A stretch of 51,100 bases of DNA, taken from contig CAXUUL010000003.1 of NCBI GenBank assembly GCA_964255285.1, forward strand, positions 62,001 to 113,100. Reading direction: 5' to 3'. The stretch comes from Ionaspis alba. Its lineage: Eukaryota. Below are positions 1-11,295 of the stretch, piece after piece (the first letter of the stretch is position 1; each line of letters opens with the position of its first letter). Position numbers and translations under genes: made by a program. The notes beneath the pieces are model-generated. The model did no database searches. It worked only from the letters and a program-made list of their open reading frames with translations, and was not told where the DNA came from.

Positions 1-2712
1 CTCAACTTCCCAAGTACGAGCGCTGACGTTCAAAGATACAATGTTTCGTACCCAATATACATGGGCTCCAAATATGATGCTTCGACCACCAACCTGACAT
101 ACCTTCTCCNNNNNNNNNNNNNNNNNNNNNNNNNNNNNNNNNNNNNNNNNNNNNNNNNNNNNNNNNNNNNNNNNNNNNNNNNNNNNNNNNNNNNNNNNNN
201 NNNNNNNNNATATACATGGGCTCCAAATATGATGCTTCGACCACCAACCTGACATACCTTCTCCCGGCTCCTCCCACATATCCCAAAAGTACCGAGGATG
301 TTAAGGTCGTGCTCTCCTTCCTCTCGCCCATCACGCCTACATCGACCCTTCGTCAATCCATACCCGCGTCATACTTGACAGTTTTTGTGACCGGGACTTT
401 CGATGTGGATATCTACGTTGATGTCAACGGTCAATGGGTAACTGGTGATCGAGGCAACAAGATCGTTTGGGATCTCCACCAGTCCGAGTCTGCGGACAAG
501 AAGACGGGGCTTAAGACGTGGCGGGTAAAGAGGCAGACGGAACAGCTGTTGACCGAGTACAACGACAGAGCGGAGTGGGGCACTCTACATTTCACGGCTC
601 CATCCGTAGGTGTTCTCACAATGCTTCGAGGGCTACGGACTAACGGACGATAGGATGTGCGCCATGAGGCCGGAACCTCTGCGCAGCTTCGGCAGCGATT
701 CTCGAGCACGCGCACACTCCAGAATACTGTGGATGACAGGTATCGAGGTGTCATGGAGGACGAACCGGTCTTTGCATTTGCCAAGTCCTTCAATTTGAGC
801 TCGACGCCCTCGACTTCGAGTCCACCGCAAGACAGTGTCGTATTCTCCATAGCCCTGCTCCAGGATCCCGTCATGCAATATGCCTCCGCCCGAGGCTTGA
901 CTCTCATGAGACCGCTCTGGGCGTCATGGTTTCCGACTGACGAAGATCTCCTGACCTTTCACCATCTCGACTACGAGAACGCCGCGAGACTTGCCACCAA
1001 TTATTCCATTCAGCTTGCCAAGGACGCATTCGAGTCCGGTGCCTCGGACTATGTCGATATTGTCGCACTTTCTGCGCGCCAGGCGTTGGGCGGGACGACG
1101 TTTTCGGGTACTCCGGAGGACCCCATACTGTTTTTGAAAGAAATTTCGTCGGACGGCAACTGTCAGACCATCGATGTCATCTTCCCAGCTTTCCCATTCT
1201 TCCTGTACACAAACCCTCGATGGCTCGCATATCTACTTGAGCCTCTGATTGAACATATGCTCAGCGGACAATATCCCAACACATATGCCATGCACGACCT
1301 TGGATCTCACTTCCCCAATGCTACCGGTCATCCAGACGGTCGCGAGGAGTACATGCCTGTTGAAGAATGCGGAAACATTCTTATCATGGGTCTTGCGATT
1401 GTCAATAGTTTGAAATACGACACCGAGGACGCTGCGGGTTCTGTTTGGTCGAGCCTTGGATCGGATTCTTTCGACTCGCATCCAGGAAGCAGTGCGTTCG
1501 CTCTCACTCAACTAGGTTCTGACGGTGATGTCTTCGGCCTTGATGATAGCTGGGGAGGGTCTACCAAAGGATTGAAGCAGGCGAAGAAGTGGGTGGAGAG
1601 GAGTTATCGACTTTGGAAACAATGGACAGGATATCTCGTTGAATTTACACTAGAGCCCGAAAATCAACGTGCGCTCCCCCGCCCTAATGAACTCGATTGC
1701 CATGCTGACGCTGCCAAGTATCCACGGACGACTTTGCTGGTTGGCTCGCTCTGCAAACCAACCTCGCTCTCAAGGGTATCATCGGTATCAAAGCAATGAG
1801 CGAGATTGCTGCTACTATCGACAACGTCGAGGACGCCGCTTACTACAAGGTAAGCTGATCTCATTCCTTTGTTCCATTATACTAACCACCCCATCACCAT
1901 CAGAACATTTCCTCGACCTACATTTCCAAATGGGAAGATTTCGCCATCTCTCGCGACGGTACTCACGCCAAGCTCGCTTACAATTGGTACGGCTCGTGGA
2001 CCACCTTGTACAATCTCTACGCCGATTCTCTTCTCTGCTTCCGTCTCGAGAACTCGACCACCAAAACCTCTTCTCCTTCCCTAAACTCAATCCCCAGCAT
2101 CCAAGGTGGTGGCGACCAGAAACCCATCAATCCTGGTCCGCCAAAGGACGTCACGGGTTTTGTGCCCCAATATATCTATCAACTGCAAAGCGATTGGTAT
2201 CATGCTGTACGCCAAAAATACGGTCTTCCTCTAGATAGTAGACATCTCTATACAAAGAGCGATTGGGAGTTCTTTGCGATGGCAGTCGCCAGCGAGAAAA
2301 CAAGAGCAGAAATTTTGGAGAGCGTAGCGCTTTGGTTGAATGAAACTAGTACCGGTATGTGCAACCTTCTCTCAGTCTGTACCTCATACACCCCTCGCGG
2401 TTCCCACTTCTCCCTCATCTTGCAACCTATCGCAGGCTTGCCTTATGCGGACATGATATTAATGCGTTAAATGCGATAGATCGGCCACTTACAGATCTGT
2501 ACAAGACGGAAGAAGATGGCGGATTCCCGGGTCCGAACTTCTTTGCCAGACCCGTCGTCGGTGGGCATTTCGCATTTTTGACGCTCGGCCGTGCATGTGG
2601 TGGGAAGGCGATGGAAGGGTTGAGTTTCTTGGATGCCAAGGATACAGGTGGGAGAGCAGCAGCGATGAAAGCTGTAGCAGAGTGGGCACATACATACGGA
2701 GATGAATTGTAA
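1..2712 (+). CDS. gtaA: Glutaminase GtaA-family protein (DUF1793/DUF4965-type), 5'-partial, at least 4 introns
   Basis: Motifs FLSPITP, FLKEISSDGNCQTIDVIFP, YAMHDLG, MPVEECGN, QLSTDDFAG (across a splice junction), YTKSDWE, ARPVVGGHF. Introns 606-653, 1669-1718, 1850-1903 and 2355-2479 restore the frame; stop TAA at 2710-2712. Confidence 0.88.
110..209. other. Scaffold gap (100 N) with ~55 bp duplicated on both flanks
   Basis: atatacatgggctcc...ccttctcc occurs at 55-109 and again at 210-264. Confidence 0.95.
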
Positions 2713-3109
2713 GAGGATGAAATGAGGAGATCATGGGAGAAAGAGGTGGAAGTTTGTAAGAGGGGACTTTTGGGGGAATCATTGGGATGGGAACTGTAAG
2801 TAGGAGCTCATATACCCACCGTCATTCGTTATACATGTCTGGCATATGCCGACTTCGCCTTTCTCCTCTCATATTACACGGTTCTGGCCTACATGGTTGC
2901 TAAAGCTGTCGCTTCTAAAAAACCATACATGTCTCCAGGAAAGCACTGCAACACGCACAGATCTTGCCCAACAATCTACACATGGCCCGCAGGTGTCTTC
3001 TTCCAGGATCTACACAGAGTCTCCGTGTCCTTCTCCTATATCACGCGACCTGCAACCAAATCCATTGTCAGTCTCTCCTTACAGCCCCACACGAACCACC
3101 TTCTACTCC

Positions 3110-4905
3110 TCAAACACCTCCCGGCCCAAACAACCCATCCCTAGTGACAGCCACTATCCTCCGCTCCTTCCCCTTGTCTCCATTGCCCCTCCACTCACCA
3201 TTCCCCGTCCCATCCACTAAATCATCATTCCCTCCACCTCCCTCACTCCTCCCTCGTCTTCTCATTGCACTATCCAAAGCTCCCTTCAGCACACTCAGGC
3301 TCTTCAATCTGCTGCCTGCTCTCGGCTCGGCGCTTGACGGTCGCGTGTTCTCATCAGAGCGCGAGTCGATGGATAAGCGCAGTGGTGGAGGCTCGAGCCG
3401 GATTAGTTCTGCTACTCGGGAGGTGAACTCGGCACGTCTGGTGCTGGGGCTGGACGGATGGCTTTGGAGTGGCCGTGGTAGAGGACTTGTCGATCGAGCT
3501 GGCGGAGAGTGAATGGGTTTCAAGGTTTGCTTAGTTGGGCTGAGGTTTGGAGGTAGGGCGAGCCTTACAGGAGCGAGATCCTGTAAGGAGGGCAGGCGGA
3601 GGGGTGAAGATGAGTCCGGAGAGTGCACCCGTCGGTGAGTGTCTGAAGGGGTATGAATTGTGGGGGTTGGGACGGAAGTGGTGTTCGTTGGCTCGAGTAT
3701 GTTGGGTGGCGAGACGGAGGCTTTAAAGGGAACGAAAAGATCTGGAAGGGAAAATGTGCTTATGTTTTGGGGATTGCGGGGCGGTGAAGTAGTGGATTGT
3801 TCAAGCACGGTTTCGTCGACTCTGGAGTTGGCGGTGATGTTTTGGGGTGTACTGGGTGGCGATGAGGAGCGCTTCGGAAGAGCGTCGTCATGGATTAGGG
3901 AGGTTGTACTTGTATTTCTTGGTGTGCCTGATGGTGAAGGGGATATTGGTGGTGGCTCCTCGCAATTGACAGCGGAGGCAGTGCTCGAGGTATCCGAGAA
4001 AAGGTCTGCTGTGCTTGTTGTGGTCGTTGAGTACATGGAGACGTCTGCTTCAGAGGAATTGAGGGTTTGTTGCGGACTTTTTACACCCATTCGTTGCAAT
4101 TGCTCTAGATTGCAATATCGAAGTCAGTTCAGCGCACTCGCTACTAGGGACGATCTTGATCTGGAGCAGAAGCTGATGCTAAGAGACATACCCCAGGATC
4201 GACAATAGAAGCGGAAAGTTGCATACGGTGCATCAAGAGGATCGATCAAGGCATACTTGTATTGTCTCTTTGGTGCTTTCAGTCGGAGGTTACCTTGGGG
4301 GACAATTCTGAGGACGATTAGGGCTTGAGGTTCGAGGCGGTCAAAGGTGTTGAGTCTGCTTACTTGATGCCTTTATTCTTATCGTCATCATCTTCGCTAT
4401 CGAGTTGTCCAGCAGCACTTTGTTGGAACACCTCTAGTTCTGGCTGTATCCTTCTCCTACCCTTGGATCGATATACCCTCACCTCCATCATACCATCCAC
4501 GTTGGTGTGGGCAGTTTCCTGCCTAGTGAAGCAAAACGCTCGTCTCTCGATTCCATTTCCCTCTTCCTTATCGAACAAGCCAAACATGGTCTTGCCTTTA
4601 TAGTTTTCAGCAGCGCCAACACCCCAGCTGACCACGTGGGCTTCATTGATGAATAGTTTGAAATAGTACAGCGCATTGGGTGGATGCGGAGGCAAGACGC
4701 TGTATGAGATCCAAAATTGAGAGAGGGGATAGGTAGGGACAAAGACAGAGATGGTGGAGCTGCAAGGGTCGATAAGAGGGGGAATTGATGGTGTGGATGA
4801 GAACGGATCACTCGTCTCAGAAAGCGTGGGAGGTATGTATTCGCGAATTGTCAGGATTCCCAATTGGGAAATGAGGGATACGTCGAGGTTGCGGTAGGAA
4901 GGCAT
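3110..4905 (-). CDS. Fungal hypothetical protein: N-terminal globular domain and long Ser/Pro/Thr-rich disordered tail, 2 introns
   Basis: MPSYRNLDVSL...YYFKLFINEAHVVSWG...MEVRVYRSKGRRR. A spliced middle exon reads ...YKYALIDPLDAPYATFRFYCRSW and joins ORF 3110..4099 via GTAAGC and GTATGT donors. Confidence 0.7.
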
Positions 4906-5178
4906 TGTCAAGTGGTGGTCCAAGGCAGAAGTACCTTGTGGTAACTCCAAGCCATTGAGAGGTCTGGTGAGGTATGTGGATGTGGTGAATGATACTTCCT
5001 GTTTTGTGAATCACGTTTGTTGACTTGTGTTAGCTGATAATCCCTGTCCATGCCGCACTAAGTTAGCAAACCCTAGTTAACAACAATCCGTCCTAACTTA
5101 AGTAGGCCATTTGACTTTTCACAGCAACACACAATACTCATAAGCTTTGTTTGCTCCTGTCTTGGCCTTACTTCATAT

Positions 5179-5278
5179 NNNNNNNNNNNNNNNNNNNNNN
5201 NNNNNNNNNNNNNNNNNNNNNNNNNNNNNNNNNNNNNNNNNNNNNNNNNNNNNNNNNNNNNNNNNNNNNNNNNNNNNN
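5179..5278. other. Scaffold gap (100 N) with duplicated flanks
   Basis: gcaacacacaatactcataagc...cttcatat appears on both sides of the gap. Confidence 0.95.
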
Positions 5279-5800
5279 GCAACACACAATACTCATAAGC
5301 TTTGTTTGCTCCTGTCTTGGCCTTACTTCATATGGCGTATTCCGCTCTGATCGCGGTGATCGATGATGTGTTTACGAGAAGGGAAGTGTTGTTAGTGCCG
5401 CGGCTTCCTTATATATACAGGGTGAATCAGTTTTGTGACCCTTCCCGTGGAAGCTTGTGCCTGTCTTATGTATTGTTGAAGAATTTTCTTTCATTCATGA
5501 AGTCAATGTCTTCCTACATGATCCTGATACCTTCATCGCCGTACTTACAAGGTTCTCACTTACGTGAACAGACCCCTGTGACTCTTGCTATCTCCAGTCA
5601 CTCAAGATTCATTAGTCTTTGTGCTGTACGGCCCACCAGCACTGCCTGTATCTAGGCCGCCACCATTTGTTCTTCCTTCCTCTCCACTCAGCTTCACTTG
5701 CATTACCAAGTTCCTCCCTTCTGCTTCGATTACTGCTCAAAGAATAGCTTGCTACCTTTCATCTCTTAGCACGACATTTTTTCCTTGTCTCATGGTTACA

Positions 5801-7153
5801 ATGCCTCTCGTTTTTGCGGATGACTACAAGCCCGCTGAACTTGCGTCCTTGCCCACTAAGCTGTCCGAAGTCGATTCTCCGGATATCCCGGTGAGTGCTG
5901 GCCAATACTGACTCATGCCTTGACTTTTTAGTGACTGCTGATAGCTGCTTGTGGCACCGAACCAGCCTGCTGAAGAGCCTTCACTAGAGTTGGTCGAGAA
6001 GTCTTCGCCTCTGACCTCTAGCTCTATTACCACAACGACATACAGTACCATCCCACCGACTCTGAAGCTGGCTTCGACATCCTGCATCTATGTGACTGCT
6101 AAAGAGCATACTGTCGTGGGACCGAGACCTGTTTATCCCATAACTGGTACCAAGCTCAAAGGGTACGTTAGCAACGGTAAGGAGAAGCACTGATGACACA
6201 AGTCCGCTCATATATGTAATTCTAGATTACTGCGGGGTCAGCTGATCAATCTTTATGTCGGAGAACCGGGTAGCCTCGAATACATCTTTCCGATCTCGCT
6301 GCGGCTTCTGGCATACTTTGCACCGTCTCTCAAGGCTTCTCTACTCGGCCTAAAGGCCCACGACCAAGCAGTCGTCGTTATTCCCAACACACATCGTAAA
6401 GTGGCTAGCTGGTTAGGTCAGTGGATGTGCGCAGGTGGTGGTGAGAGGAAATACCTAAACGCGCCATTGACTTCTGATGATCCGGTTGTCACTCTCATCC
6501 GAAGGATCAATCTTGTGATCCATCTCGAAATTGGTGGTCGCCTCGAATCACGGCTCCTCTCAGAATTGCATGTCCTGATTTTCAAGGGCTTGGTGGATTA
6601 CAATCACATCAAACACATCTACGATTCTCCTGCTCCAAGTACAGATCGTTCTCTAGGTAAAATCGTAGCCCGCGATATCGTCAGGGAAATACTCAACGGC
6701 GAAAAGTACGTTATACGTGGAGCTCCTGCCCACAAGCAGTTCAAGAAAGACGTTAGCGACGCTCTTGCTGCTAGATCAGGCCAAATCCATTACATGCAGA
6801 GCCTAAACGGAGTACCTCTGACCATACTTCAGCTGAAGACCGTCTACGCCTTCGCGGCAGACAACAGCAAGCTCACGAAGACTGTGGCGCATGATCTTCT
6901 GTCATTGCTGAATAGGAGGCTCGTTTCGGTGCCCGAGTTGTACAAGGATTATAGGGCGATGAATGAAGCGTTCAACCAGGACATGTCCGCTGCTGAGGAA
7001 GTTAAAGCTCGTCGAAAAGCACGCAGGGACAACGCTCGTAACAATATCGCAGGAGCCAACAGTCTGTTCAAATCAAAGACATCTCTAACGCCCTGCAAAG
7101 GAGTTCAACATTCCAAGAAACAGAGCCAGCAGGGGCAGCTTCCTGAACAGTAA
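5801..7153 (+). CDS. Hypothetical protein with a divergent BTB/POZ-like segment, 2 introns
   Basis: Introns ~5891-5944 (GTGAGT..TAG) and ~6163-6224 (GTACGT..TAG) join exons into ...LLRGQLINLYVGEPGSLEYIFPISLRLLAYFAPSLK..., continuing into ORF 6401..7153. BTB resemblance is by eye only. Confidence 0.55.
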
Positions 7154-8343
7154 CAAGCTGCTCCTTTACAGGGTAACCACATTGTGTCTGGCAACAAGTT
7201 TGGAACGTCTGAGCCACAAAGCCGGCGAGCACGCGGCCAACTTCGTGCCAATCCCCAGAATCACACCGGGAAACGTCCAGTCAACCGCAAGCAAGGCCCA
7301 ATTAGCTCCAAGCTGATCGCGAGTTTTGGTGCCGTGAACGCATCTGCTCCTCCCGTGAACAAGAACACAGATATCTCCATTGCGGAAGCCGAGCCCCCTT
7401 TAATTCCCAAGGCTTCTGCAGCTTCGAAGGTCGAACTAGTGGTCATTCTTGCTAAGCGCATCCACAGCACGACCATTTTGTCGATTATGGGCGATGGAAG
7501 TGTGGGGAGAGAGCGCTAAGTGGTGATTGGCCTACAATCTGGACACGAAGAGTGGTCGACCATTCGAGTTCAAGAGGGAGAGATTGAGGATGTGCTTTAA
7601 ACGCATGCACTTGTTTTTCATGGTGACTTTCCTGGATGCTCTTGGATCAGTGGGTACATTCGGATGGGGCATGAGCCTTTCCATCCGATCTTGCTACCAG
7701 GAGCACTGATTTCTTGATCCGGCTTAGATTAGCATTTCCATCAGTAGAAGCTAAATGTCACGACTCTCATTCTGAGAGGTAAAATAAATGTAGTCAAATC
7801 CCATCCGGGGAGTGCGATGGTTGTGATGAGATCGGGAGGTACAGGTCTCTACGGCATCGTCCAGAGGACTACTGCACAGATCTACCAGTGCGCCCACAGC
7901 CATACGAAAAGCCAATCCTTCCACGAGGCTTTAGTTGTAGCCACCAGAGAATGAACCACTAACGAAGGGTCAAAAGAACTGCAGTTTCCCCAGGCCAACC
8001 TATTTGTCCGTCTAGCGAGTTTGCACTTTCAACCTGAGATCATTCTATTTATGTAGTACAAGTCGAAAGGAATACAGGATCGAGGTCAGTAAAATTGCGT
8101 CGACGGCCACCACTACCTTCGGCTCCTTCAACCAGCAGTCAGTCCAATACATGGCACGTTGAAGCTCTCCCCTTTCCGCACACCAACATCGGCAAAGCAA
8201 CTAAACCGAGACTCCCTCATATCTTCCGACAGACATGTTCCACCCTGAATACGGTGCTTGAAATTCGAGTAGAGTGGAGGTAGTTAAGAGGTCAAACAGG
8301 ATATCAACTAATGCCCATTCAACAAATTGGTGGAACGCCGTAT

Positions 8344-10642
8344 TCAAGCCCCTGGAGGTGGCGGTGGGGGAGGCTGGTCGCTCGGAGGCTATGAAAGAAG
8401 TGAGCACGTGTCAGGATTATGGGTGTAGAGGTAGAGGTGGCTTACCGGTGGAGGAGGAGCATCACCTGGGGGTGGGGGAGGTGGAGGACTTCCGGCAGGC
8501 CCATTGCCACTGTAGTGCTGGAACAGAGCTCCGAGACCAGGGGGAGCGCCAAGACCACCAGCGCCTCCACCGAGTCCTGGAGGAGCACCCATACCTTGCG
8601 GAGCAGGGTACCCGCCAGCGGAATCGCCATAACCACCAGGATATCCACCATACCCACCGTAGCCTGGTTGACCGCCGGGAGGAGGTGGTGGTGGAGCTTG
8701 TTGATGCCATGGAGCAGCACCACCCGGAGGTCCTGGTGGAGGAGCACCGTAACCGCTGTTTGCTTGATACCCATAGCTATCTCCACCACGAACACCTGCT
8801 GCCCAGGGAGGAGCCGAACCACTGTCATGCCCGCCGTAATCGTCACGTCGTCCACGATCATCCGCCCCCCGTTGCCATGGTGCTGCTGCGCCAGTGGGTC
8901 CACGCTGCCATGGTTTGAGATCACGGTCACCTTCCCCATAGCCATCGGCGCTCCCATTCTGATACCCTCCAGGTCCGGCTTCGATACGTTGTGGCGCTTG
9001 GCCGTTGGCGGGTGCGCCTCCGGAGAGTTCTTGCATAAGTTGCTAGGGAAACTAGTTAGGACAAATTATTAGCTGGGAGGATGAGACTAACCTCGTATTC
9101 TCGGTCGACAGCATCACCTCCGCCGATACGTCCTGGTGCAGGGCGGCCTGGTACTCCTCCAGGAGCATCGTTGCGCCAATTGGCTCCACGTTGTCGATCG
9201 GGGCAGTCCCTTGCCATATGACCAGCATTCCCGCAAACTCGACAGATGATATTCGCGGTAAAGTTGCGCTGCTCTGGACAGTCATATTTGCGATGACCGA
9301 TTTGACCACCTGTAGTAGTTAGTAGCTGGATAGAATTACAGCTTCTCAGTCTACTTACAGTTCTGACACGCCTGATTTTCGTCATCACGCAGAGTTCCAT
9401 TGAGAGCTGCCAACTCGCGGAGTTGATTACGTTTGAGCTCGTTTTGTCCTTCAGGAATAGAAGCAGCCTATGGCAAGTAAGCTTCGTTTTGTCTTGAGAG
9501 TAACTGGGACCATAAACGTACCGTCTCAATGACATTGTGAATGAGTTTCTTTGCCTTGTTGACCTTTTCCTCCGTGTCGGCCATGATCAAACAATGAAGA
9601 TCTTCCTCCTGGTTGCTGGTATGAGCAGCGTCAGAACGACCTTTTCCTTCCTTCACAGAACCCTTCCCACGGATGGCGATCTTCGCTTGTGATTCTGTTT
9701 CCATCTTTTTCAAAGTATTGCCTCGGGGCCCGATAAGTAGGCCAACTTTAGTACAGAAAAGCAAGCTAAGTGTTAGTCTCTGTAGATCAATAGTATAGCA
9801 ACGTTCGTGTAATGATTTTGGAGGTTAGCGGCAAGACATACTACATCCTCCGAAGGATGCCGCACGCATCACCAAATAGGAAAATGCAAGAAATCGAGAA
9901 ACAAGGTTAGGAGTTAGAGGGTTAGTTATCATACTGAAGTTAATCTCTGGATAGTCATTGACAGGTACGTAGACCTTTTCCTGTGTCTTAGTAGGACGTC
10001 TGTAATCCGAAGGCGGGTGATAGTTAGGGATAATCTTCATGGCCTTTTCAATCTGCTTGTGACGTTCATCTTCAAGACGCTTGCGATAACGGTACTCCCG
10101 AGTGTTTACACGACGACCAAAGTTGTCATATTGTGGTGGTGGAGATGGGGACCTGAGTGTGTTTAGCTCGCTAGAATTGTACGCGCAGAAGTGCGAGCTT
10201 ACCTGTCACCATCGGCCGGAACGACGTCGTTGATACGAAGCTTCTCGCTGATTTCCTGGATACGAAGATGAAGTGTATAAGCTTCTAGCTGCTCGTTGGT
10301 CATGTTGGCCTTGATCATGGTAGGCAGGCCCATCAAGCCAGCGGCCTTGTTCTCTGCTGCATCACCCCATCGATTCCTCTTCTTACGCCTCCTCTCACCT
10401 GCCTCGACAGGCTCCGCTAGCATATCATCAGCAAGACATTAAGGGTGGAGATAGAGGATAATCTCACGTCGCTCTGGACTACGTCCACGTTTGTAGCCAT
10501 CAGAAGCGCCACCTGTCGAAGAGTAGGACGGGTTATAGCCACCATCGTCAACTGGAGGAGTTGAATCGCCCCCACCGAACTTACGACGATTTCCCAAAGG
10601 TATGTTGTTCGAGCCAGTGATGCCTTGATTACGCCAAGCCAT
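8344..10642 (-). CDS. MSL5: Branchpoint-bridging protein / splicing factor 1 (KH-QUA2, two CCHC zinc knuckles, Pro-rich tail)
   Basis: RRRKKRNRW (ULM), [50 protein letters not shown], CxxC...[21 protein letters not shown] and a Pro-rich C-terminus; multiple canonical introns. Confidence 0.97.
9746..9934 (-). promoter_or_regulatory. KH-domain intron of BBP with five CTAAC motifs, an alternative in-frame 5' splice site and a stem-loop
   Basis: Minus strand reads GTATGAtaACTAACccTCTAACtCCTAAC...; second donor GTATGT at 9841; GCTAAC at 9824-9829; ACTAAC at 9772-9777; acceptor AAG at 9746. Confidence 0.7.
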
Positions 10643-11295
10643 ATTGCTGAAGTAATTTGAGAACTTCTTGAGGTTGATTTCTGGTTAGTGAAGCAGGACC
10701 AAGGGATAACTAATGGGTGGAAACGAAGCAGAGAGCTCGAGTTGACTAATACGCTTTAAAAATGCCAAGCACCGACCACGCGGAACGGCTCTGGGCCAAA
10801 ATGAGTGGAAGTGGTTCTGCTCATTACTACGATTAACTTATCCTTCGACCAATTTAAGAAAGAGGGACTGCTGGCATCTCTTGCAGAGTAAAGCATCCAA
10901 ATACTCGTATAGAATGTCCTGCTGCTCCAGGGTGCGGTGCTGCGAAAGTTGGGTCACCTAGAATAACTAAGTCGACAAAGTATAAAACTCGGTATGCTCA
11001 TCCTTATTATCGACTGCTTCACGATTTCCTATTCAATGGAGCCGATGAAGAACTATGTTAGGGTGGGTCGGTCTATCCGCGGAATCATGCTTCTCAATAT
11101 CAAGATTGTACGACCTGGAATGATCAGCCTGCTGCTGCATCATGAGATCTTGATGTCCACAAGACCATCCTTTCATCTACCGCTCTTTCCCCAATTCCTT
11201 CCTTCACCGCTCCTCTTGTCAACTCGGAAGTAGCGCTTTCTTAGGATATTGTTCGTTTGCCCATAACTATTGACTATCATCCTATCTTTTTCAAC

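Noticed and set aside
55..264. ~55-bp direct repeat flanking the N run (same pattern at 5124-5333 and 17542-17751)
   Set aside because: Identical pattern at all three 100-N gaps, including inside coding sequence. These are unmerged contig overlaps, not biological repeats or target-site duplications.
8274..9072. Long antisense and alternative-frame ORFs over the BBP Gly/Pro-rich exon (similarly 2964-3512, 3660-4208, 16537-17166, 33874-34449, 39426-40022)
   Set aside because: Shadow ORFs caused by codon bias and low complexity of the real gene on the opposite strand.
9746..9934. Stwintron interpretation of the overlapping TAG/GTATGT in the BBP intron
   Set aside because: Excising either sub-intron does not regenerate a GT donor or AG acceptor (flanking bases are A, C or T rather than G), so the [D1,2] and [A2,3] models fail.
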